Source of the DNA: Felis catus
Taxonomy: Eukaryota
NCBI RefSeq assembly: GCF_018350175.1
Contig: NC_058373.1
Location: 109,370,001-109,434,000 of the forward strand
DNA: 64,000 nt
Direction of reading: 5' to 3'
Below the pieces are notes generated by a model. It was not told the DNA's origin, searched no databases, and saw nothing but the letters and a program-made list of their open reading frames with translations. The position numbers and the translations under genes are program-made. How positions within the stretch are numbered: the stretch's first letter is position 1; each line of letters starts with the position of its first letter. Below, piece by piece: positions 11,155-23,844 of the stretch.

Positions 11155-14100
11155 TTAAAAGAGCATTGTTATAAGTTCTAGAGGTTCACAAACCTAAGTA
11201 ATAGCAATAAAATTCATCAAACAAACTTCTTGAAAGTTGTTTGAACTTGGGGGAGGTCAATCAAACAAAATAAAGCAAATGGTACTGGCATAGGCATCTT
11301 TGAAAGGCCATTTGTCCTGAAAACAAATTCAACAAATTCAACAAATGAAGCAAATTTAACCTTCTAGGCAGATGACTATCTTGAGTCTTTGTTGTGCTTT
11401 CTTCATATAGTGACCACAGATAAGGGCAAATATGCTACATGAGGGGACCACTTGAACCACACAAACCATGAATGCAGAACCCAAGGATGTGATAAAATAA
11501 CAGTTTACCAAATGGTTAGTGGACATAAGTCTAAGGCCCAAGTTGGAGTCTTGATGACTAATCAACTAGATTGGATAAATCTCACAAAAGTAAATAAACT
11601 GTTGGCATGAATTTTGGTACTTATGACGAAAAATCTTCTCATATCTGTACATACTAAAGGACTGATGTAACAATGATGCATGTGGGGTATGTGGGGTGGT
11701 GTCAGAGTTTGTCTTCCATCAGACCCTGCATTGGTGGGATATACCTCTGAGCAATGAAAAGGAATCTGTCTTGGAAGTTCAAAGTAGAAACAAGGACATT
11801 TACCAATATGTATTTTGATACAATGATTCCATTGAGTCCAGGCAGAAATGCTCTAAAACTGAGAGTTTTCGGTAGATGATAGTAACATGTTCCTCATATG
11901 ATAATGATTATCCTTTCATGAATAATTGAAACAACTTATAACTATATTTTCCATCATGCTATAAAAACTACTTCCATATTTATAGTCTCTTTTGTGCCTT
12001 CTAAAAATTCCATGCATTAAGTGTTATTATTCCCATTATACAGATGAAGAAATGGAAATACAATCAACTTCACCAAGACAACACAGCTACTGCCAGCCTC
12101 ACATTTAATGTTATTTTCTCTAGTCTCACAGATTCACTGGAATGGTATAGATATGGCATATGTAATAATCTCAATGGAAAATATCCCAGACTCAGAATAA
12201 AATCACAAATATAAACAAAAAAAGTATGATAGAAGTACAGGGATCATCAATTCTTTGGAGAAATGTGGCCACAAAAGGTCAGTACAGAACAATTATTATT
12301 ACTCATTAAGGGAAAATAATCCTTCCCTGGGGATATTTTATTTACTATAATATTAATAAAGCTTTAGAAAACCCAAAGGATTGTTTCTAGTGAGAAGGCG
12401 ATGGGGATTACACACAACCAAAGAAACACTGGGGAGTGTGCTTGTCTTGGTGGTATGGATTTTTTTTTTTAATTCATTGTCTTTGCTTGGCCAGTAATTA
12501 CATTTTGAAGTTCCACAGCCCAGAGAAGCTGATGTAGCAAGTAAGCCAGTTTGAATAGGTTTTTCACTGTTTCTCCTAAAGACATGATTTGTGGTTACGA
12601 GGTTTTCCTTCACACAGTGCCTTCAGATGATCAAATCTTCCTTTTAAGAAAGGAAGGGAAATCAACCAAATGTCCAACATTCTTCACCTCTGCCACTACT
12701 CAAGACAGCTTATTTGCATGTTGCAAATTCACTCTCATTCTATCTTGAATCTAGGATATTTTGTTGCGGTCTTAGGATAAATACATAATGTCTCTATTGT
12801 ATGATTTTGATAATACCCATCCTACAGAGTTTAGTGATAAGCTGGACATTTTCTCAAATTGGATTGTGGGACAATTTGCAACCATTTTTTAAATTATTCA
12901 TTTAACAAGTTAAAACGTATCTCTCCAAAGTATGGAATGAGCACCTAATGGAGTTTCTCCTTATCTGAATTCAAAGTCACCATTCCCTTCCTACCTAATC
13001 AGTATAACCAAGGTTCCACAATACTGAGTAGACTTATTCAGATTCAAAAGGCCTATTACAAAATTAAACTTTCTAATAGGCTAACACCCAAGCAAAATTA
13101 AAAATGTAAAAAAAAGACATTTCCAAAGAGAGTTAGGGGAAAGGATGACACACGTAAGATGTTGTCTTTCTTACCCTTGAACTGAGCCTTGGAGATGCAC
13201 TGGAAGAAATGAGCAGAACTCAGAAGACCAAAATCCATGAGAAACCCCTGTGAAGATAGAAGTCAGGACCTACAGGTGGTTAAAAAAAAAAAAGGCAGCT
13301 GAGAGCAGAAGAGGGCCAGGCACCATAGACAGGAAAGACTATGGGAAGCCATTTTCCCTCCTGATATGATCTGTATATTAAATTACAGGCCAACCTATAA
13401 TCAGCCAGCTGCAGTGGGACCCAACAACCAGGATGGGCCAGTCCCTCATCCTACCTCCATCCAACCTTAAAGCTTGGTAATGACAACTATGGGAAACATC
13501 TGTTTGAAAAGCACCATGCAGGAGACAAAGTTATCCAGAAGTGCCCTGAGGGTACGGAGGGATTGGGATGTAGTCAGGTAGAGGAGAGGAGGAGAGCATC
13601 CCTCTCTGTCAGCCAAGTGAGCACAGGAAGTGTTGCCTTGACCGAAAAACCAAGGAAATTCTTCTCTGCTGCTAAGCACTCACCTTTGCATTTTCTTTCC
13701 TCTTTTCTCTCTGCTAGTAATTCCTTACCCACCTAGAACTACCTCCTGACTTAATTCTTACACCATCTCAGCACAGAATAGATGATCGTTCCAAGAAGGA
13801 AGGTAAAAAAGAGAGGAGAGGAGAAATAGGTGAGCCTCCTCCGTGAGTCCTCTGGCCTCAGCTTTAATGCATCCTGAGGTTTCATTATAGAAACTCAAAC
13901 TGCTGACCTGAATATAACGTACCATGTATTACATATCTGTCATGTACCAGGCTCAGTGTCACTTGCTTGGCAAGTATTATGTAATTCAGTACAACACTAA
14001 TTCATAGGTGAGGAGTCAAACGTTTTTAAAAAGTCTTAAAATTTGTCCATATTCATCAGATTTTATATATAGTCAAATCCAAGAGTCAAATCCAGGTCAG

Positions 14101-14844
14101 GCTGGCTCCAAAGATTATTCTCTAAGAATGTTCTTCCCTACCATTTCTAGAATTCCCTTTGAAAATGCCTAGCAAGCAGCCAGCTACAGCTGGGTGTAAG
14201 GCAGATCCCCTCTGAAGTTAGGAAGATGCTTTCCGACCACCATCCCCAATGCAGGGAGAAGTGGGCCACTTTACCCATCCTCCCAGGGGCTTCCCCCTGA
14301 CAAGAGGCAGGACTGAGAGAGGGGAAATGGAAAAGAAGCTACTTTTGTCCCTTCTAGTCACACTTACTCTGTCTTCCCAGTTCTGTGTCAGAGAAAGACC
14401 ACCACCCCTTTGCCACTTTGATTTCTACCCAAAGCACAAGGCATTAAGTTGAATAATAGCATGTATTGCATGACCAAAAAAAAGTAAAAAAATCTTGAAC
14501 ATTAGATATTCCCTGAAGACTTCATGCATCTCTGCTTCCCAAGGCCCCCTGCCTCTGGAATCCTCTGGAAATTCAATCCCACCTTTAATTTGCAGAACAC
14601 TTTAGCTCTCTCCTCCCTGTGGCTTGGCTTGGGCCTTTCATTGATATTCTAAGATTCGTTAATGTTCTTTGCTCAATAATGGACCAGTTTCTCTGGCTTC
14701 CCTGATTTATGTGTCCAGAAGAACAGGACAGATGTCCATTTTCTTCTCTTTTCTTTCCCTCTCCCCCAACAGCTCCCACATAGAGGTTTATTTCTCTCAC
14801 CTAGGTAAATTTTTCTAACCACAGTAAAAGTCAGATGCTGTTCA

Positions 14845-15067
14845 AGGCACCTGGGTGGCTCAGTGGGTTAAGCATTGAACTCTTGATATTGGCTCAGGTC
14901 ATGATCTCACAGTCACCATCTCATAGCCCGTGAGATGGAGCCCCGGGTCCATGCTGAGAGTGGAGCCTGCTTAAGATTCTTTCTCTCCCTGTCCCTCCGC
15001 TCCTCCCCCACTCACACTCACTCTCACACACCCGCTCTCACTCTCTCTCAAAATAAAAAAATAAACA
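14845..15067 (+). mobile_element. Can-SINE, first of a head-to-tail pair
   Basis: Head 'ggcacctgggtggctcagtgggttaagc', CT tract, AATAAA. Confidence 0.92.
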
Positions 15068-15087
15068 TTTTTAAAAAGATGCGTTTA

Positions 15088-15306
15088 GGGGTGCCTGGGT
15101 GACTCAGATGGTTAAGCGTCCAACTTCAGCTCAGGTCATGACCTCAGGGGTGGTGGGTTCAAGCCCCGCATTGGGCTCTGTGCTGACAGTTCAGAGCCTG
15201 GAGGCTGCTTCAGATTCTGTCTCCCTCTCTCTCTGCCCCTCCCCTACTCCTGTTCTGCCTGTCTCTCTCTCTCTCTCTCTCTCAAAAATAAAGATTAAAA
15301 AAAAAA
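15088..15306 (+). mobile_element. Can-SINE, second of a head-to-tail pair
   Basis: Head 'ggggtgcctgggtgactcag', CT tract, A tail. Confidence 0.95.
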
Positions 15307-15924
15307 TTTTTTTAAAGACGCAGCTCATTGTAACTTCAGCTTCATTTTTTTAAAGTCTCTTACTAGCACCTTAATTAATTATAACTTACACTTTAATTGC
15401 ACAGAAAACATCTGTCTCTTCCAATGGAAGTGGCAAGAGGTGCTCCTGCTAATTCTCCAGGGTCACTGGCAGGCCAATACAGGTCTTAAGTTGTAATATT
15501 GCAGAGGAAAAGGTATTATATTAACCCTAGGCCATGCTATTAATATACTCTTGAGTTAATAAGTTAATACTTTCCCACAAAAGCTTTAGCATTAACAATT
15601 TTGTAACAAAGGGATTGATCTATATTTCAGCCACATGGGATGAGAGACAGTTCTAGAACTTCCAATTAGAGCGTGGCGGGCAGGCAGACCGCCCCAGGAT
15701 GTGAGGTGAGTTCACAAGTGCAGCTGGACACTTCCCGGACCCTCACTTGCAGGTTACAAAGGAAACTCGAGAAGGGAAATCAGCCCCTTTAAGGAGTGGG
15801 GGAGAGGAGCATAAGGCAGAGTCTCGGGGTGCCCTCTCTCCTCAGTGCAGAAAGAGCTAAGAATATTGCTACTATTATTTTGTAAGCATTTAAGTGGTTC
15901 CTAAAACTGAAATCAATGTTTTAC

Positions 15925-16004
15925 CTCAGTTCAGCCTTCGTTGCTGCTAGAATTTTATACTTCTGACTTCTGCTTTCCTCCGAATGATGTTCTTGAAACA
16001 TTTT
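15925..16004 (-). CDS. Candidate internal coding exon (80 nt, phase 0 to 2): KMFQEHHSEESRSQKYKILAATKAEL
   Basis: Acceptor 'ctttcacctctgagatttcag', donor 'GAG|gtaaaa'; only one frame open; retains CpGs; protein not recognised. Confidence 0.45.
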
Positions 16005-17092
16005 CTGAAATCTCAGAGGTGAAAGATAAAGGCAAGCCAGGACCTCCAGCATTTGTTAAAGTGTTTTGGGTAATCCATCCTGGTTTATTCTGCTCTGGCG
16101 CAGGCTGATTTTAATCCTCATGTGCAGTCCATTCTGACCTTCTGCCCACAAAGATAAGAGGAATAAAGCTTTTACAATAATGTAATATCATATCTGGAAA
16201 GGATTCCACAAATCCTCCTGTAAGATTGGTACGAAAAAATCCAATTTAGCAAAAGCTTTAAACACAGACCCACACACCATACGATGTACCTGCAATCAAG
16301 GAAGTTCACAGTGAACAGGGGCCGGGAGGAGGCAGAAATCTATATTCCCCAAAACCACACAACTTCACAATGGAAGTCTTAATTCTGCAAATGTTTTAAA
16401 TAGACACTGAACTGGTTATTAAATGAGTATTAAGATCTTTAGACTTTCTTTTTCCCCTCATTTGTTCTGAATCTCAGACTATCAAAATATAACTTTTTTG
16501 TTGTACCTGATGAATCTCCCAAATTTTTTCTAGCAAAAATGGCTAGCTTTGACGAACTCAGTTTGGCTTTTTTTTTCTCCTGTGCACTATATTACCATGA
16601 TTTCAGACAAAATTCAAATTTTTTTTCTAATTTTAAGCTTGCTGCTTTATGCTTATAGTATTATCCAGATTTAATGGAGAATTAACAGACAAACAAACAC
16701 AAAAATCAGTCTAATGGTTTGCCAACCAACAGCAGTGCAGATGAAAGCAGTTTGCTTCCCCCAGGGCAGATTTTGACCAACATTATCACAATGACCTTAT
16801 CCTATAAGGCAAAGTGATCAGCTTCCCTCAAAGCAGCCGCCCAACTACCTGCTCAGGCTATTAGTCTCTTTTTATTACCTACAATTTTATTCTGCTCTAT
16901 GTGTGCCCTAGTTGCCTTTGGGTTGATACAGTTACAGGTTCAGGAAATGAGCTATAGGAGCATAGCCCTGTGCACCAAAGAAGAAAACTTGCTGGTGGGT
17001 ATATGCTGTGTGTGGAGTTAACAGGAGAACCTTGCTTTGTGTGAGAGCTGGAGAGCTGGAGAAAGTGGAGAGTTGTAGAAAGAAAATGTCTT

Positions 17093-17314
17093 AAAAAAAA
17101 TTTTAATGTTTATTTACTTTTGAGACAAAGAGAGAGAGACAAAGCACAGGTGGGGAGGGGCAGAGAGAGAGGGAGACCCAGACTCCAAAGCAGGCTCCAG
17201 GCTCTGAGCTGTCAGCACAGAGCCCGACGACGTGGGGCTGGAATTCACAAACTATGACATCTTGACCTGAGCCAAAGCCAGACACTTAACCAACTGAGCC
17301 ACCCAGGCGCCCCC
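17093..17314 (-). mobile_element. Can-SINE
   Basis: Reverse-complement SINE; TSD-like 'tagaaagaaaatgt' on both sides. Confidence 0.95.
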
Positions 17315-18749
17315 AGGAGCCCCTAGAAAGAAAATGTTTTAAAGAAAACCCTCCCTTGTCTTTGGGGACAGGGCTGCTTATGTCTTCTAGGGTGAATTCT
17401 TTTATAAGGCCAAATACTATTTGGTAACATAGTTAACCTTACTCTAATTTATCTTTTTAAATCTGGATCTTTAGTTGTTGGATTTCTTGGAGTGACTCAC
17501 TCACTCATCCCTTCCTGATCTCTCCATGTGCCATGTGGCACCAGCCCTTTACTCTACTTTTGTATAGGCAACAAATTCAGTTGCAAATTTGCAACAGCTT
17601 TGTCTTTCATCCCCCCTCCCCCTTCCCTGGAACTCCCTCATTTCCCCCTCATTCCCTGACTTTTGCATTCCCTGACTTTAAAGCCCTCTAGTGTCACATT
17701 CTACCTTGTGATGTAGTTATTAGCTTGTATATCTCATTTCTCTCCCAGATGATCGTCTCAAAGGTCAGAGCCAAGTCTGACCTCATTCTATATCACCCAG
17801 AATGTATACAACAGGTTCTGAATAACTATTTGTTGAATTTGAACTAATGTGCTTTTCTCATCATCATCCAAGCCTCCTCTGACCTGAGTTCGACCAAACT
17901 GAGTTACAGCACTGAATCTCAATACCTTGTGTAGCACACAAGACTGACCATATACGTGCGCTAGAACAGCCTCACTTCTAAGCATGAATCTTTCCCATCC
18001 ACCCAAACTATGTGACAAAGCCATATGTATTTTAAGCCACACTGATTAAATAACAATGTACCATAGTATTTTAAAGGAACAAATTACGTAACCTTAAACA
18101 GATTACTAATTCTCTCTACAGAATAAGTGTTTATCTCAGTGACTAATTATACTTGATTAACATTAGTTTCCTTTTTTAACTTTTAGTTCCCTAAACCAAT
18201 ACTATCTTATGCTTTTGCACTTTTGCATATTCTCTTCATCCTTAGAATAGTCCCTGCCTTGATTGCTTGTCTACTGATTCCTACCTCGTTCCAAGGACTC
18301 TAAATTTATATCATCAATCCCAGATTCTTTCCTGACCCCAGAACCATCCACCCAACTGCCTTGTGAATATCTATCTTCACAAGGAGATATTAGAAGCCTA
18401 TGGCATTGGTCCGGATGAAACACTATAACCCATAGGGGTCCAGATTAGGTCTGTATTGGTGAAGGCAGGCAAAAGAAACGGTTTGGGACATATTTTGGGA
18501 GTTATGTCAAAGGAATGTCTGACATACAAATGCAGGTCAGCTCACATTATTAGAAGACTAACACGATAACACTGAGAGCATGGACTCAATTCCCTGTGAA
18601 CTTTGCTCCTCTCTATGGTTAAAGATCTTCTGGTTAAAGACCCCGTGAGCAGACACGTTGTAGTTGCATGTGCTCGGTTGTCAGGCACAGAGAGTGTGAT
18701 TACACAAATCTATCACGACTATCAGAATATCAGATGATTTACATTCTTT

Positions 18750-19690
18750 CTCTCCTGAGACACAACCTTTTTGAGGATGCAGGTTTACATCTCCACTTTC
18801 CTTCTTAAAAATTCCACTTGAATGTCTCACAGCTATCTCATACTTAACACGTCCAAAACTGAACTCCTGGGGCACCGGGGTGGCTCAATCAGTGAAGCGT
18901 CTTGCTCTTGATTTTGGCTCAGCTCATGATCTCATGGTTTGTGAGTTGGAGCCCCGCCCATGTCATGTCGGGCTCTGCACTGACAGTGCAGAGTCTGCTT
19001 GGGATGCCCTCTCTCCTCTCTCTCTGTCCCTCGCCTGCTCTCTCTCTCTCTCTCAAAATAAATAAACATTTTTTTAAAAAATTGAACTTTTATCTCTTAT
19101 GCTACCTCAGTCTCCTCCTTCTCCAGCATTCCCATCTCAAAAAGTTGTACCATTATCCAGGCAATGCCAGAAACTTGGGAGACAACTTTGGCAATGATCT
19201 CTTCCTTATCACCCAGATCCAATTGATCAGCACATCCTCATGATTCCACCAAAAAGTTATTACCTGAAATCACATATGTATCTCCATTTCTAAGGCTATA
19301 ACCCTAGTTCAAGTGAACTTCATCTCTCACGGGACCTCTGCAAATAACCATCCTTCCTGCTTCTACTCTAGACTTTCTTCAGTGCATTTTCTACACAGAA
19401 GCCAGCATGTCTTTTTAAAAATGCAAATCTGATTATGTTTCCTTCATTTTCAATTCTTTCATGCTTTCTACCCCTCTTAGAATAAGATGATAAATCCTCA
19501 ACCTGGCTTATAACACCATGCATAATTTGGTCACTATGCTCCAGCCACACTAAGTTTCTCTTTGTTTTTACAGCTTTCCATGATGTCAGTTCCATATCTG
19601 TGCTCTTCTCTACTGTATCTTCAGCACCTAAGCAATGCTTTGCATATGTCTGTTCAATTAATATTTATTGAATGTGTAAAAGGATGAATA
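18750..19690 (-). mobile_element. L2 LINE remnant interrupted by a SINE
   Basis: L2 motifs 'attccacttgaatgtctcacagctatctca', 'aaatgcaaatctgattatgtt', and end 'aatatttattgaatg'. Confidence 0.7.
18869..19076 (+). mobile_element. Can-SINE inserted in L2
   Basis: Head, CT tract and tail; TSD-like 'aaaa(c/t)tgaact'. Confidence 0.93.
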
Positions 19691-19739
19691 GGTTTTGAAG
19701 ATTATCACCTTTATGCCAGAAGGGTCAGTGAACCCATTA

Positions 19740-19896
19740 TAATCCTTTTAGCTGCGAGTAATGGAAGATCCAACTAATGGAGGTAAACAATAAAAATTTT
19801 TATTATATCATACAGTTAGAAGACCATGGACTGGGCAGCTTTGGGTCAATTACCTCAGTTTCAGAATATTTTTTTCAAATGTTTATTTATTTTTAT

Positions 19897-19936
<40 letters not shown>

Positions 19937-20592
19937 AGAGAGTACAAGAGGGTGTTGGGCAGAGAGAGAGAGAGGGAGAGAATCCTAAGCAAGTTCCATG
20001 CTATTAGCACAGAGCCCCATACAGGACTCAATCTCACAAACTGTGAGATCATGGCCTGAGCCAAAATCAAGAGCCCAATGCTCAACCGACTGAGCCACCC
20101 CAGATCCTCTTAGAATATCTTAAGCCTCCAGGTTCTTTCCTCCTCTCTGTTCTGCATGCTCAGTCTGCATGAACAGACCATCCCCTTATGGTCATAAGAT
20201 GGCTAGAGCATTTCAGACATCGCAGGTAGATAACAACATCCAGCTAACAATAGGAGTGTTTTCTTCATTCAGCTCTTTTTATTAATGAGAAAAACCTTTC
20301 CAAGAAAGTGCTCAGCTCAATCACCCTCAGTTCTACAGGCTGAGACTGAGATACATGCCCTACCCATTTCTAACCAAATCACTGGAAAAGGGAATAACAC
20401 CGTCACAATTAGACCAATTATCAATTTCCCTTGGAGCTGGAATACAGTTGACTTTTCGTAAGCAATCCAAAGAGAACAGTGAAACAAAATCAGAGCTCTA
20501 TCAACAATGAAAAGTTGAGGGCCAGGGCGAAATAAGAAATGGAATTCGCAAGGAAAAGCCTATTAGATGGGCAACCAAAAGTGCCTGCCACA
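19740..20592 (-). mobile_element. Old MaLR LTR (MLT1J/K-like) interrupted by a SINE
   Basis: 'ttagctgcgagtaatggaagatccaact', 'ggtcataagatggct', terminal 'gggcaaccaaaagtgcctgccaca'. Confidence 0.5.
19868..20108 (-). mobile_element. Can-SINE with (GA)n expansion
   Basis: Reverse-complement head 'ctcaaccgactgagccaccc'. Confidence 0.93.
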
Positions 20593-21415
20593 GAAGAACA
20601 TCACTATCATCAAAGTTGACCAATACTGTTGGCCAAAATACATTTCCTCTATTTAAGTGAGTTTTCAGGACTTGGGTCTCTAAGCAAAGACTTAAGCTTA
20701 ATTACAAACAGCTGTTGAGGTAGAGAGCATGCTATGTGAGAGCACAGGATCTGGTGATACATGACCTGACTTCAACCATAGCAGCTATACCTACTTTCTG
20801 TTTAATAGAGTGAAGCTACACAAACTATTTTATTTGAGAAAAGGGTCCTGTGGCCCACAAAAGGAATTTGAGAATTACTGATCTGATGTTTTCCAAACAT
20901 GCAGTTAAGTTCCAGAGAGATTATATGATTTGTTTAAGTCACAGACTGGATATGGTGCTGGGCTTCCAGGCACAGGTAACACCTTATCAGAGGGAGTGTT
21001 TGGGGGTTGAGACACGCACCAGTTGTCCTACAACTCTTGGTTTTCCTCCTCTCTCTAACATCCCTTCCCCATCTCTTCTACATGCTCCTTAAAACTTAAC
21101 GTACCACGTACTCCTCTTTCCATATTTTTTTTTTTTTTGCCTCAACGAGGTTGTTTTTCCTTCAGTTTCAACTACCAAGTTTTCTCTGATAAACAGCAAT
21201 TTCTCTTCCGAACGCTTCTCTCCCAAGCTCCAGGTATGAATTTGCAACCACTCACTGGTCATCCCCGACTAAATATCCCACAAACACCTCCAAATCTACG
21301 CATTTAAAAATTATACCCAACACCTCATGTCTCTTCACTCCCCGCCCATACTTGCTCTTCCTCAAGTGTTGCTAATGCCCGTAAAATGTCTCCCCATGCA
21401 TGAAGAACCAGGCCA

Positions 21416-21616
21416 GGGGACACGTGGGTGGCTCCGTCAGTTAAGCAGCTGGCTCTTGATTTCAGGTCAGGTCATGATCTCACGGTTCATGGATTTGAGT
21501 CCTGTGCTGACAGCACAGAGCCTGCTTGGGATTCTCTCTCTTTCTTTCACCCCGCCCCTGCTTGCGCTCTCGCTTTGCCCGCCACCCCTCTCAAAATACA
21601 TAAATAAACTTTAAAA
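21416..21616 (+). mobile_element. Can-SINE
   Basis: TSD 'aagaaccaggcca' on both sides; lies within L2-like sequence. Confidence 0.93.
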
Positions 21617-22004
21617 AAGAACCAGGCCAGAAAGCTGGCCAGTCATGCCCAACCCTTTCTTTTCCTCACCCTCATATCAAAAATTTCCAATATTGTCACT
21701 TCTAACTCCTACATCTCTTTCAAACGAACTCCTTTTCACCCTGCCCCTTGCATACTACCCTGTTTCTTTTCCAGTTTTTTGTAGTAAGTCTTTTGGTGGT
21801 ACATATTCCCCCTAAGTCCATCCTCCCTCCTATAAACTACACTGATATTTCTAAAACAAACATCCGAAGTAATTTTCTTTCTTAACATTTTTTTTCCCAG
21901 AGCTACAGGACAAAGTTTAACTCCTCAGGGGGCCCTGAAAACCCCATCATGATTTGGCTCCCTTCCTCTCTAATCTAATTCCTGAACCTTTCCTACTTGT
22001 GAGA

Positions 22005-22215
22005 AGAGGTGGTCTTACTTATTGATTTAAAGCCCAGGCTTTGAAGTCAGACTGCCTGAGCTTGAATCTCGGCTCTGTCTTTTACTGAGTTACTTTATCA
22101 AGTTATTTAACCTCTCTGTGCTCTGTTTTCCCATTCATAAAATGGAGATAATAATATTCCCTGAAAATTAATGGAGGTAATGTATGTAGAGTGTGTGCCC
22201 AATAATAGTTACTAT
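22005..22215 (+). mobile_element. MIR remnant
   Basis: 'ggctttgaagtcagactgcctgagcttgaatctcggctctg', 'caagttatttaacctctctgtgc', 'aaaatggagataataat'. Confidence 0.8.
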
Positions 22216-22537
22216 CTCATGTACCAGCCACTCCAGATTTCTTTGAACCTGATGTTTTTGTTCCTGTCTCTATGTATCTTCCTTAAATCACCTTCCCCCT
22301 TGAAAAGTCACTTATACTGGACTCTTAAAACTTCAGAATCAAACTCTTAACTCTCCATTTCAATAAAGAAAAAAGGAAATTAAAGATTTGCAAAAGAATG
22401 TGTTTAAAACTGCAGAGCCAACATAAAGGAATTCTTAATCATTCATTCATCCATCTAGAGAGCATTTGATGAGCACCTACTATAGGCACTACTCTAGGAC
22501 AGGGAATATAGTGGTCAGTAATATGAAAGTTCACAGA

Positions 22538-22742
22538 CCAGAACTATCCAATAGAACTTTCTGTGATTATGCAAGTGCTCTATACCTTTATTGACCGATA
22601 TTGTAGCATTTGGCTAGATATGGCTATGGAGCACTTGGAATACTATTCCTGCAACTGATGAAATAAACATTTAATTGTATTTAATTTGACTCAATTTAAA
22701 TAGCCACATGTGGTTAGTGACTACCATATTGGACAGCACAGT
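22538..22742. mobile_element. MER3-like hAT-Charlie MITE
   Basis: Ends 'cagaactatccaatagaactttctgtgat' and 'tagccacatgtggttagtgactaccatattggacagcacag'. Confidence 0.8.
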
Positions 22743-23630
22743 CTGGACCAATATATAAAGAAATAATTATCAGGTGAACAGGACTGTGGACAACATACGT
22801 GTAAAGTCACATGTGAGCAAAGGAGTGAGTGACCAATTGTTTTTGGAATTGGGGAGAAGTTTCCAGGATGTGGGCACAAAGAATGAGTAGGAAATTTCTT
22901 GATTGGTAAGAGTGGGGCAAACGGAAAAACTAAACTTCTCTAGCACAGCCAGAATCTAAAGAAGTGGTTGATAAGTCATCCGAAAGTTTAATGAAGCTCT
23001 TACAAGTTGGGGCTCTGTGTCACTGAATGCTTTCTTTTAAGAAGTATATATCATTTGGTTGTCTTTTATCCTCAGTGGGACTGACAGGGCACACTTTACA
23101 GGGAATGGAGAGGACTGTATGAAGATGAATGAATGATGTCTGCCTAATAGGGTGAAATCTATACTTTGAGATAAGTAGCCTCACAAATTATAATGTAGTT
23201 GGGAACATTCTTCCCTCTTGTGAGTTTATACTACACTACACTACACTACACTCTACAGCTCTGATCCGAGAATTTATATGTGTCTTTAGAAGGTATGTGT
23301 TGTAGTGTATGTGTGTGGGAAGGGAGTGGGCAATGAGAGAGAGAGAATAGCATAAAGGGCATATCTGCAGCTTATGTTAGGGGAGAAATTTGAAGGGAAA
23401 AAAACCCTGAGGACTCAAGTCCCCCTCCCCCACGACTGGAGTACTTTCAAAGGCCATCCTACACTGTCCTCCCAGAGCCCTTAAGGCATATTTCTAGACT
23501 ACATTGCTCAAACTTTGAGAAATGTACTATTGGGTCCAAGAAATGGATCCTGAGGCTGTACCTGGCCCTGTGGAGAGGTTTTCCAAAAGATGAACAGAGA
23601 TTCACCTCAAGGAAATTAGAAGAGAAGGTA

Positions 23631-23844
23631 GGGGTGCCTGGGTGGCTCAGTCAGTTCAGTGTCAGACTCTTGATTTTGGCTCAGGTCATGATCTCACAGT
23701 CCATGAGGCCGAGCCCCATGTTGAGCTTTGCACTGATAGCACAGAGCCTGCTTGGGATTCTCTCTCCCTCCCTCTCTCTCTCTGCCCTTCCGCCACTCAT
23801 GCTTTTACTCTTTTTCTCAAAATAGATAAATAAACATAAAAAAG
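23631..23844 (+). mobile_element. Can-SINE
   Basis: TSD 'gaagagaaggta' on both sides. Confidence 0.95.

Noticed and set aside
17650..17680. Short tandem duplications (also near 11322-11345, 18616-18641, 33820-33852)
   Set aside because: Ordinary slippage-scale duplications with no spacer structure.
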